This document shows positions 53,983 through 64,000 of a stretch of DNA of 64,000 nucleotides, one piece after another. Position 1 is the first letter of the stretch; every line of letters begins with the position of its first letter. The notes below the pieces were generated by a model. That model did no database searches, was not told the origin of the DNA, and saw only the letters and a list, made by a program, of their open reading frames with translations. Position numbers and translations under genes: made by a program. The DNA lies in contig OX597831.1 of assembly GCA_951406725.2 (NCBI GenBank), positions 33,790,001 through 33,854,000 of the forward strand, in the 5' to 3' direction. Origin of the DNA: Octopus vulgaris. Taxonomy: Eukaryota.

Positions 53983-54477
53983 TGAGTGAGTGACACTGGC
54001 GTCAAATATACGAAGCCCAAAATACCCATCATGACTACCCGTCTTGATCATGGTACACCAGGCATATGCATCACAACCGTAAGTGGGCGACATGGTAATC
54101 TCACATCAAAAAGACAGTGCATGAACTTGCAGGTGGTGCCCAGTAAGAATTTTCCTCATGTCGAGTAGCCCTTCCCGTTCAAAACACCCATGTTTCCAGA
54201 GGTGAAATATCAAAACCCCCCAAAATTCCTCCCAACACATGGCTACAATGCTCCCCCAATTACTTCTGCTCGTGATCAGAGACGCATATATCGTCAGCCA
54301 CTAAGGGACATGCTCAACTGGTTAAGGTCAAACAACTGACAAGCAAATCTGTGGTATTGAGCAGAATATTTGCTGTAGCCCATCTTTTATACGAAGACTA
54401 AACAATGTACATGATAACACTTCCAATCAGTTAAGATCAGAAGCCACAAGAGCCACTGCCTGGTACTGCATCAGAGC

Positions 54478-54480
<3 letters not shown>
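53983..54480. mobile_element. ~500-bp non-coding interspersed repeat in (TAA)n, copy 2
   Basis: Matches 50514-51051. Confidence 0.8.
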
Positions 54481-54564
<84 letters not shown>

Positions 54565-54575
54565 TATTATTATTA

Positions 54576-54704
<129 letters not shown>

Positions 54705-55252
54705 CTAGTAGTATCCTGGCTTTGTGACATATTATTTGAAACGAATACTCTAGCTAGTATCACTACAGTTGTTGTTACTGGAGTCATCGTTAGTCTTGTG
54801 AGACCATAGAATTGCGCATAGAAACTTCTTGCTTCAGGTTTTGTTGGCAGAGCAGCCATTGCTGTAGCGATAAAGACCCACATATGAGTTACGGTCCCGG
54901 CTGTAGTGATTGCATTTGAAGGTACTGTCCGCTAGTTTTATCCTGTTGTTGTTTCTACATTGATTTTGCTTCTGTTCATCAGAAAATCTAACCCTCTTCT
55001 CTGGTGCATTTTAGCCACTACCTAGTTCCACACTCTAGTTTCTATATTTGCGAAGGCAACGGTGACTAACTTTGACGTTGCTTTTGTTAAAAAAACTGCA
55101 GAACTTGCGTGCAGAGCAGAAATGATTTTTGAGAGGATTTAGTCATTTTTTTTATTCATGTGCAATAACTCATTTTGGTAACATGCTAGGTTGAATAGCG
55201 TAAGGTATCGTTATGTGCAAGAATTCAATTTTTATACTTTTTCGTATCTTAC

Positions 55253-55295
55253 CCGTTTCACCTTCTTTGATTTTAAGCGCAATTTTGTAAGCTTA
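55253..55295 (-). CDS. Possible exon (KLTKLRLKSKKVKR)
   Basis: Acceptor tttcattctgcag, donor CGG|GTAAGA, phase 2-0; not directly phase-linked to identified neighbours. Confidence 0.25.
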
Positions 55296-55429
55296 CTGCA
55301 GAATGAAACACGATCTTCTCCCATGATTTGCGCGTTTTATATCAGGCAAGCTTCATCTCCATGAATAATGGAGTTTCAAAATGAAAAGATCTGCACAATA
55401 TTTGATCCAAAATGGCAAAATTTTAAGTG

Positions 55430-55469
<40 letters not shown>

Positions 55470-55572
55470 ATTTAAAGGAAAAATCCAGGGGAATAATTAC
55501 AAGTTAGCTAAATGTTGCTTAAGTGTTCTAGGACTTAAATCTGGGATAGTAAGTCGTATTTAGTAGAAAATA

Positions 55573-55948
55573 GGAAAATTAAACAAGGAGACGAACTCTC
55601 GGGACGTTGTTAAAACATTTATATCTTGAATTCTTCTACATATGTTTCGACAGATGCACTCCCAAATACCCGACAGGATAAATTATGGTCAGCAATGCAT
55701 CAATCTCATCAGGAAGATTAAAATCAACAAACTCATCAAAACAGACATGTTAACAGAAGTAGAAAGTCCTATAAAATGTAACGTTACATTTTATAGGAAC
55801 TTTTATTTTATAGGATTTTCTATGCATTGCTGACAATAATTTATCTTGTCGAACATTTTGGAGTGCATCCCCTGAAAGATATATGGCAGAATTCAAGATA
55901 TAAATGGCTTAACAACATCCCAAGAGTTCATCTCCTTGTTTAATTTTC
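55573..55948. mobile_element. Penelope-like inverted pLTR pair (~125-bp arms)
   Basis: 55573-55700 mirrors 55822-55948. Confidence 0.75.
55632..55717 (-). ncRNA. Type I hammerhead ribozyme (predicted)
   Basis: UCUUC-CUGAUGA-GAUUGAUGCA..UGCAUCUGUC-GAAA-CAUAUG-UA-GAAGA: complete core, 5-bp stem I, palindromic stem III. Confidence 0.7.
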
Positions 55949-56092
55949 ATATATTTATATACAAGCATATATATGTACATATACACATATATACATGCAT
56001 ATATATGTACATATACACATATATATGTGCATATACATGCATGTATATATATATATGTATATATATGTGCATATGTATATATATATATACAT

Positions 56093-56148
<56 letters not shown>

Positions 56149-56530
56149 ACATATATATATATATATACATATGCATATGTATATACATACATTCATATAT
56201 AGAATGTGTGGGTGTATGTGCATGTGTATGTGTAGCCAATGAATTGCCCTCGAATATGTTTATAGATATTTTTTGTTCGAAATGGTTTCCATTGTGTTTC
56301 ACTAAATTAAAGTCACAATTGATTCAAAAACAATTATATTGTTTTTGAACCAGCAAAAAGAAAAAAAAAAGAGAAAAATATACGTAATCAGAAATGCAAG
56401 AACTGAAAGAGTAACAAAATAACTATTCAATGGTTACTGTATGTGTATATATATATATATTCGCATATATGAGTTTATGTGCATATAGACACACATAATA
56501 GCACTCACCGATACACACTAAGAAACATAT

Positions 56531-56632
<102 letters not shown>

Positions 56633-56975
56633 ATAAGCAGGTATATTTAGCTATATTCTTACACATATGTATTTATGTAAATAGACGTATGTACATATAT
56701 CTATAGATATAATTTAGAAATAAAGAAGTCAGCTGTGCAATTGTTACAATGCTTAAGCATTTTCTCAAAGATATATGCATTTGAGGAAATGCATACACAA
56801 TGAAACTATTGTACGGTTATTAGGAATTTTTTAATAAAAATGTTATTCAACTCAGTCTGTCTTTTGTATTGTGTTCTTTTCGGATGCAGACTATGAGCTA
56901 CTCATCATACCTACCTACCTACCTACCTACCTACCTACCTACCTACCTACATACATACATACATACATACATACA

Positions 56976-57011
<36 letters not shown>

Positions 57012-57661
57012 CATATATATATATATATTTATAGACACACACACACACATATATATATATATACATATATATACATACATATATATAAATCTGTTTCTAC
57101 CTGTCTGTCACTTTTATATGTGTATGTGTGTGTATGTATATAAGCATGTATCTATACAGGTATGTATGTATGTATGCACGGATCTTCAGCAATTCCGTGT
57201 TGATGTTTGGAGTGTTCGCAGACCACTGGGAATTAGGAATCCCTTAACTTTTGTTAAAGCATGTCTCGGAGAAAGTCACTCCGATACAAGACCAGATATG
57301 CAAGGAATGGCATCTTTTGGTCGCGATTCAAATCGTGGCGCTCCGCTATTTCCGAGCCTGCTAATCATATTTCCGCTGGATATCTTGCCCTAGCTTGTGT
57401 CTTGTTCATGTGAGTAGGGCTGAAAGAGACAGTGAGATGCTGGATCTAAAATGTCAGGCTGTGCATCTGCCGGTGAGGAAAATATCTGATGCCCTGTGGA
57501 GTAAGATGGTGCCGCGGTGGGCTGGAGGTGCAATAACCTTGTTGACTGCTGGTGCAATAACCTCATATACGGTCACTGGTGGTACTTTACGTGGGCAACG
57601 GTTAGTGTTTGTCCTTTTCGGTCATAAGTGGACACCTACCATATAGGTATGTATGTATGTA

Positions 57662-57726
<65 letters not shown>

Positions 57727-57754
57727 CCGGCATTCGCCATGATAGATAGCTACC

Positions 57755-57912
57755 CACTAAACCTTTTTCTATTTTATCTCCCTGTTTATTTCTGTTTTCC
57801 TTTCTGTCGAAGAGCGTTGGCTCGAAACGTAAAAGACTTTCTCACTTCCCGATCGTTTGTTGTTTACACACTCGTCTTCGTCATTTGTTCTTTTGTAAAT
57901 TCTCACTATACA
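57755..57912 (+). mobile_element. Penelope-like pLTR fragment
   Basis: ctgtcgaagagcgttggctcgaaacgtaaaagact. Confidence 0.7.
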
Positions 57913-58291
57913 TGTATGTATGTATACATATATGCATGTATATATGCATGTATACATGTATGTGTGCATGTATAGTATTAAACTCTTCGATACACAAAAT
58001 ACCAGGAAAAAATCGTGCAGGTATTAGAGCTCTCGTTAGGCCCGTAAGAAATACCGACCAAATCCTTTTCATATCGCGTCAAACAGACTTTAAAACGAAG
58101 GATTCATTAGAGAATGTATTTCTACATACATATGTAGTATATCTGAAAAAAAATTTAAAAAAAAGATGATGCGATGAAACATTTTAGAATATGTGTCTAC
58201 TACATCAATTTTCGCTTGGGGCTACGAAATAACTTCAAAGACAACAACAGCAATGACGACAACAACAGTAATGACGACAACAACAACAGTG

Positions 58292-58343
<52 letters not shown>

Positions 58344-58344
58344 C

Positions 58345-58376
<32 letters not shown>

Positions 58377-58831
58377 CAGCAGCAGCAGTAGCAGCAGTAG
58401 CAGCAGTAGCAGCAGGAATGACTTCAACAACAAGAGTAGCAACGGCAGCATTAAGAACAACACGAAGGTGACTAATTAATTTTATACATCGACAAAGAAG
58501 CATGAAAGTTTCAATGGAATAATAGAAAAGGACTCCCAGAAGGGGAATAAAATACAACACAGGTTGTTAATTAAATTAATGTTAACATACTTAATGCAGA
58601 AAAGTGAGAAAAAAGAGAAATTGAAAAGAAATATGCGTTGAAGAAAAGACAGCATTATCTTAATGATTGATATTATTTAGATCATTTAAGGCGGCGAGCT
58701 GGTAGAAACGTTAGCATGCCGGGCGAAATGCTTAGCGGTATTCCGTCTCCCGTGGGGAAGGGGGCATAAACAAACATAAAACACTAAAAACACATCCGCA
58801 TATGTATATATGTATATATATATATATATAT

Positions 58832-59025
58832 AGGGAGAGTTTACGAAAACAACAAAAGGCGAAGACAGGTGGTGTACAAAACAAACAGATGTATTAGTAT
58901 AACGCTCAAGAATAGAGAAAGTCTTTTACGTTTCATGCCTACGCTCTTCTACAGAAAGGGACACAGAAAAAATAAGGAGAGAAAAATGTGTGTAGTGGCT
59001 AACGATCTATCATGGTGACTGCCAG
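58832..59025 (-). mobile_element. Penelope-like pLTR fragment, inverted relative to 57755-57912
   Basis: gtcttttacgtttcatgcctacgctcttctacagaaagg. Confidence 0.7.
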
Positions 59026-59449
59026 AATACATATATATCTCTCTATATATAAAACTGAAATGCGTTTTTACCGCTTGGTTCGCTTTCAATGCCACTACAT
59101 CCCGTCCGATTCGATCCAAAATTTACACGGACATGTAGAATGAGGTGACGATGCGCGTGGGCTACCTTAGAAATCCCTATCTTAAAAGCTGTGGTTTCTA
59201 GGGGCCATCTTCCTACCTCACCCTATTTCCTCCAGTACTCTGTCACTCCTCTTCATTTATAACTTTCAGAATGCCACTACGGTTATTTAAAGTATCTGTC
59301 ACTATCACTATTTCCTTTCTTTTTCACTGACTCTGTTTCCTACCTTCCTATCACTTCGGCGGCGTTCTTTGAAGTATATGTCTGTCACCAACAATCAACA
59401 CACGAGCATGATAACAAATATTATGAATCAGATATTCTTGCGTTCATTT

Positions 59450-59682
59450 ATATGTGTGTGTGTGTGTGTGTGTTCTATATATATATGTATATATAATGTA
59501 TGTGTGTGTGTGTTCTATATATAAATATGTATATATAATGTATGTGTGTGTGTGTGTTCTATATATAAATATGTATATATAATGTATGTGTGTGTGTGTG
59601 TGTGTGTTCTATATATAAATATGTATATATAATGTATGTGTGTGTGTGTGTTCTATATATAAATATGTATATATAATGTATA
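59450..59682. repeat. Minisatellite, ~5 units of (TG)nTTCTATATATAAATATGTATATATAATGTA
   Basis: Direct reading. Confidence 0.9.
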
Positions 59683-59830
59683 TATACAAAGTGTATATAT
59701 CTGTATTTATGTATATTAAACTTTTTCATACTTTTTCATAGTTATATATATTTTTAAACAAATTATAAATATAATTTCATAATTTTTATTTTCAATTTAA
59801 ATAATTTAAAGTTTTCAATTTTATATTTTA

Positions 59831-60848
59831 CTTGCAGTAACGCCCGGCGTTGCTCGGGTTTGTAAGGGAAATAACTATATAAGCATTTTTAGTGAGTTAT
59901 AGCAAAAAAAATAGCAAAAAATGCATTAAAGATGGAATAAAAAATGATAGTAATTTCTTTTTTAAATCGTTGACTCATCGTAGACATTTTTACAGAGTTA
60001 CTTCCCTTATATAATAGCGAAAAATGCATTAAAATGGAATAAAAAAATGATGGTAATTTTTTTTTTAATCGTTGGCTCATCGTAGACATTTTTAGAGAGT
60101 TACTTCCCTTATATAATAGCGAAAAATGCATTAAAATGGAATAAAAAATTATGGTAAATTTTTTTTTAAATCGTAGACTCATCGTAGACGCGCGCTAATA
60201 CCCAGAAGGGCTCGATATGAATCACGACTATAAGATACCCGGTTTTGGTTACACTGCACCGCAAAATGTGGGAGTAGTTAGGAATCTAAATCGTAGGAGA
60301 CAGACACACAACCTTACTTTTATATATAAAGATTTGTGCAACAACTAAAACATTCGGTTGTGCAAATTGTTTGCACAGGAAACCTGCCCTGTGTGGCGGT
60401 TTTTGCCGTTTTTGTGGATCTGTTTCAGCTTTTTTAGCGATTTCTGTTTTGGCGACTTCAAGCCATGAAGTCGTTGTTCTAAAAGAACGCTGGTCTCCTT
60501 CACAACGCATTACGACGTTGATTTCCTTACACTCCCTTCCCCACAGCTTCACGAGGGAGGGAAGAAGGGGGAGAAGCAACACAGGTGCAGGCGTGAGCGT
60601 GGACGCCAACTCCGCCGCCATCGACACACGAAAAAATATGCATTAAAATGGAATAAAAAATGATGTTAAATTATTTTTAAAATCGTACACTCATCGTAGA
60701 CGCGCGCTAATACCCAGACGGGCTCGATATGAATCACGACTATAAGATACCCGAATTTGGTTAAACTGCACCGCAAAATTTGGGAGTAGTTAGGAATCTA
60801 AATCGAAGGGGACAGACACTCACACAACTACAGTTTTATATATATAGA
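59831..60848 (-). mobile_element. Non-autonomous Helitron-like element with two 5' ends and internal ~120-bp tandem repeats
   Basis: 5' A|TC..TATATATAAAA at 60848 and 60332; 3' hairpin CCCG-AGCAACGC-CGGG then CAAG (degenerate CTAG) at 59831. Confidence 0.75.
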
Positions 60849-60989
60849 TATATTTTCTATGTTATATTTTCTTTTTTTATGTTTTTGTTTTTGGTTTTTC
60901 ACTGTTTGATTTGCCTATTAGTGGTTTTATCTCTAATTTAATTTATATAGATATATATCTCATTTGTATACATTTGTATATATAATGCG

Positions 60990-61031
<42 letters not shown>

Positions 61032-61384
61032 CACATATATATATGTGTGCATTACGTAGTCGGTCGATTCACCTGAAAATATGCACACCTATGTTAAAGG
61101 TGCTGACAAGTTTGCATCACAACTATTTTGTTCCTCAAATGAAAGGCGTCACCTCTAGGACAAAATTCCTCATCTTATAAAATGTGGCCCCAGTACACCC
61201 GAATGAAATCGGGTTATATTAACCAAAATGTGAAAAGGGGTCTAAATGGGGCTGGAAGGGGATTAAAATTTCAAAGAGCGGGTGTTTAGGAATTCTCTGT
61301 TGCATCAAGCTAAAAAATTTGCGCCAGCCATTTAATCGTCAATGTGTTGCCGTCCATGATAAAGAAGTTTTGAATGCTTGCCAT

Positions 61385-61634
61385 GGTGAGTCTACTGTCG
61401 TGAGAAAGAATCACTTCAAAAATTGGTGTTTACGAATTTTCTTTTACATCAAGTTCAAAATTTTACGCCAGCCGTTAAACTGTCACTACGTTGCTGTCCG
61501 TCGTTAACAGGTGAGTCTACTGTCGTGAGAAAGAATCACTTCAAAAATTGGTGTTTACGAATTTTCTTTTACATCAAGTTCAAAATTTTACGCCAGCCGT
61601 TAAACTGTCACTACGTTGCTGTCCGTCGTTAACA
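61385..61634. repeat. Exact 125-bp tandem duplication within a diverged repeat array
   Basis: 61385-61509 identical to 61510-61634; degenerate related units at ~61300 and ~61640. Confidence 0.92.
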
Positions 61635-61981
61635 AATGCCAGCCATGGTGACTCTACTATCCTCAGATTCTATCCCTTCAAACTTTGGTTTCCAATATTT
61701 TATTATTTTTATTCAGCTCGCAAGTTCGTCTGTCCCTTTTGAATGTTAGCGTTTTGCTGTCTGCCTTGAAGCAGACCTTTCCATTGCCACTGCCTCATAT
61801 TTCTGATTGATCTTTCTAAATATTTTATTTCTCAACTTACTCAAGATCTTCTGTTGTTTATAAATGGGAGAGAGATAGATAAAGATAGAGAGTAAGAGAA
61901 AGCGAGGGAGAGTCAGAGAGAAAAGAAAAGTAAGAGAGTGGGAAAGTGAGAGAGAAAGGAGAGAGAAACAAATACGGAGAA

Positions 61982-62290
61982 TCATCATCATCATCATCGT
62001 TTAACGTCCGTTTTCCGTGCTAGCACGGGTTGGGCAGTGTGACCGGGTCTCGGAAGCCAGGAGGCTGCACCAGGCTCCAGTCTGATCTGGCAGTGTTTCT
62101 ACAGGTGGATGACCTTCCTAACGCCAACCACACTGTGAGTGTAGTGACTGCTTTTTTCGTGCCGACGGCACTGGTGCCAGGGGGCTCGCAGTGGCAACGA
62201 TCGGTTGGTGCTTTTTACGTGCCACCAGCACAGAAGCAAGTCAAGGCGGTGCTGCAATCGGCCACGTTCGGATGGTGCTTTTTACGTGCT
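61982..62290 (-). mobile_element. SINE 3' portion with V-domain-like motif and (GAT)n tail
   Basis: Minus strand ggttggcgttaggaaggtcatcca.ctgtagaaac; tail ggacgttaaacgatgatgat. Confidence 0.6.
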
Positions 62291-62325
62291 GAAAGGAAGC
62301 AACAGAAAGTAACACCCACACTCTT

Positions 62326-62356
62326 ACCCGCGCGTAGAGCGGGTCACCTTCAGCTA

Positions 62357-62357
<1 letters not shown>
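62326..62357 (+). mobile_element. Helitron-like 3' terminus
   Basis: Hairpin ACCCGC-gcgtaga-GCGGGT followed by CTAG|T. Confidence 0.65.
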
Positions 62358-62409
<52 letters not shown>

Positions 62410-62417
62410 TATATATA

Positions 62418-62466
<49 letters not shown>

Positions 62467-62782
62467 ATACATATATATACATACATATGCTCATACATGT
62501 ATATGCACGAGGAACAAGTAAAAATCTGCTAGAGTTTTCTTAAGTCTAAAATGTGACTTTGTTTTTGATATCTACATTCCAACATTATATATTTGTTAGT
62601 AACCAGCTCCTTCTTCAGAGGAATGACTTAGATAATTAAAAACAGAAGAGAATAAACCTACCTACCTACATATATACATACATACATACATACATACATA
62701 CATACATACATACATACATACATACATACATACATACATGCATACATACATACATGCATACATGCATACATACATACATACA

Positions 62783-63070
62783 TACCAATATTTGGACTGC
62801 TTGATTGGACGCTTGATGTAATCGGAACCATTGATGTGAAAACCCTGAAGATATTAACCAGTACACATAATTTCTACATGGGCAAATGTGTGACGTAGAC
62901 TACCTCTAGCTAAAAGGGAACCAAGGCAGCAGGGGCTTAACATCGATCCAAAATGCCTTCGAATGTTGTATCTTATCCCTTCGGCAATATCATTCAACCA
63001 CCAAGTGTCGAAATGCATCCTTTGACCAAGTTTGCAAACATGAGGCTGATAATATTATAAGACTTAGTTT
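62783..63070 (+). pseudogene. Decayed R4-like RT fragment
   Basis: FGLLDWTLDVIGTIDVKTLKILT..DVDYL*LKGNQGSRGL. Confidence 0.6.
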
Positions 63071-63152
63071 CTTGTCTACAGAGCCATACTTGCGTTGTGT
63101 CTAATCAATGTTTTTTTTATGTTTCTTAATTATATTGATTGTTCATGCTTAC

Positions 63153-63249
63153 TTATGTCTTTCTCGGTAGAAACATCATGACTGAAGGTTAAAAGTAATT
63201 TCCTTCGCGATCTTGAGGAGCTGCGGCGTTCGATCTCAAGGTGTGGCAT
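63153..63249 (-). CDS. Possible first coding exon (MPHLEIERRSSSRSRRKLLLTFSHDVSTEKDI)
   Basis: ATG after in-frame stops, open to donor TAA|GTAAGC (phase 1), unique sequence. Confidence 0.3.
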
Positions 63250-63439
63250 CTTTGGTAGGTATTATCATAGTCTCGAGTTTTGTGATGGGAAACTGTTTGG
63301 AAGCCCAACTTTGTGGCACTCTGTTTCGATGGTTCTGTTTTAAGATTACCTTAAAGCTACACGAGTTTTCGGAATACTCAGCAACGTATATGCTAATGCA
63401 ATGAGAAGATAGTTCAGTTGTTCTAACAATTTGAACGTA

Positions 63440-63835
63440 GGCGTAGGGGCGGCTGTGTGGTAAGTAGCTTGCCACATGGTTCCGGGTTCAGTCCCACTGC
63501 GTGGCATCTTCGGCAAATGTCTTCTACTATAGCCTCGGGCCGACTAAAGCCTTGCGAGTGGATTTGGTAGACGGAAACTGAAAGAAGCCTGTCTTATATA
63601 TGCATATATATATATGTGTGTGTATATGTTTGTGTGTCTGTGTTTGTCCACCTAACATCGCTTGACAACCAATGCTGGTGTGTTTACGTCCCCGTAACTT
63701 AGCTGTTCGGCAAAAGCGACCGATAGAATAAGTACTAGGCTTACAAAGAATAAGTCCTGGGGTCGATTTGCTCGACTAAAGGTGGTGATCGAGCATGGCC
63801 ACAGTCAAATGATTGACTCAAGTAAAAGAGAAAGA
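63440..63835 (+). mobile_element. SINE family A
   Basis: gggttcagtcccactgcgtggca head, standard tail. Confidence 0.9.
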
Positions 63836-64000
63836 AAGAGAAATTCCTCGTCGAGACCGACGGAGGTTCATTAAAATCCTCTCCCGCATTATAATATGCA
63901 TCTATTTAGTCATTTTCCTAACATTACTTTGTGCAGTACGGTGAAGTCTGTGGTTCGCTGACGAAATTACATTATATCAAACCCAAACACGTTCCTTATT

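Noticed and set aside
57181-57640. GC-richer unique segment as exon or LINE 5' end
   Set aside because: No consistent open frame with splice sites and only a weak endonuclease-like motif

Overview
Eukaryotic, AT-rich, repeat-saturated DNA. The tRNA-derived SINE families, (TA)n/(TAA)n/(TATC)n microsatellites and LINE repertoire point to an octopus (coleoid cephalopod) genome; this is inference from repeat recognition. Almost all ORF-track entries are microsatellite or transposon artefacts. Manual splice-site reading reveals a minus-strand gene with at least 8 small phase-compatible exons (43975 to 5613, continuing off the left edge) encoding an unidentified protein. Its introns hold a decayed Tx1/L1-like LINE, R4/Dong fragments in TAA arrays, Penelope-like elements with inverted ends and hammerhead motifs, mariner, hAT and Helitron remnants, and many SINEs. 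Most notable: (1) a perfect 139-bp inverted copy of one host exon plus both splice sites inside the downstream LINE, a potential exon-masking or ADAR-editing duplex; (2) an array of ~20 TTCCTGGAAAGTTCCG repeats (overlapping STAT-like and kB-like palindromes) with variable purine-rich spacers, inserted at a SINE B-box; (3) an apparently intact type I hammerhead ribozyme on the host transcript strand. No rRNA, bona fide tRNA or CRISPR-Cas system is supported. All coordinates were read by eye; repeat boundaries are approximate.
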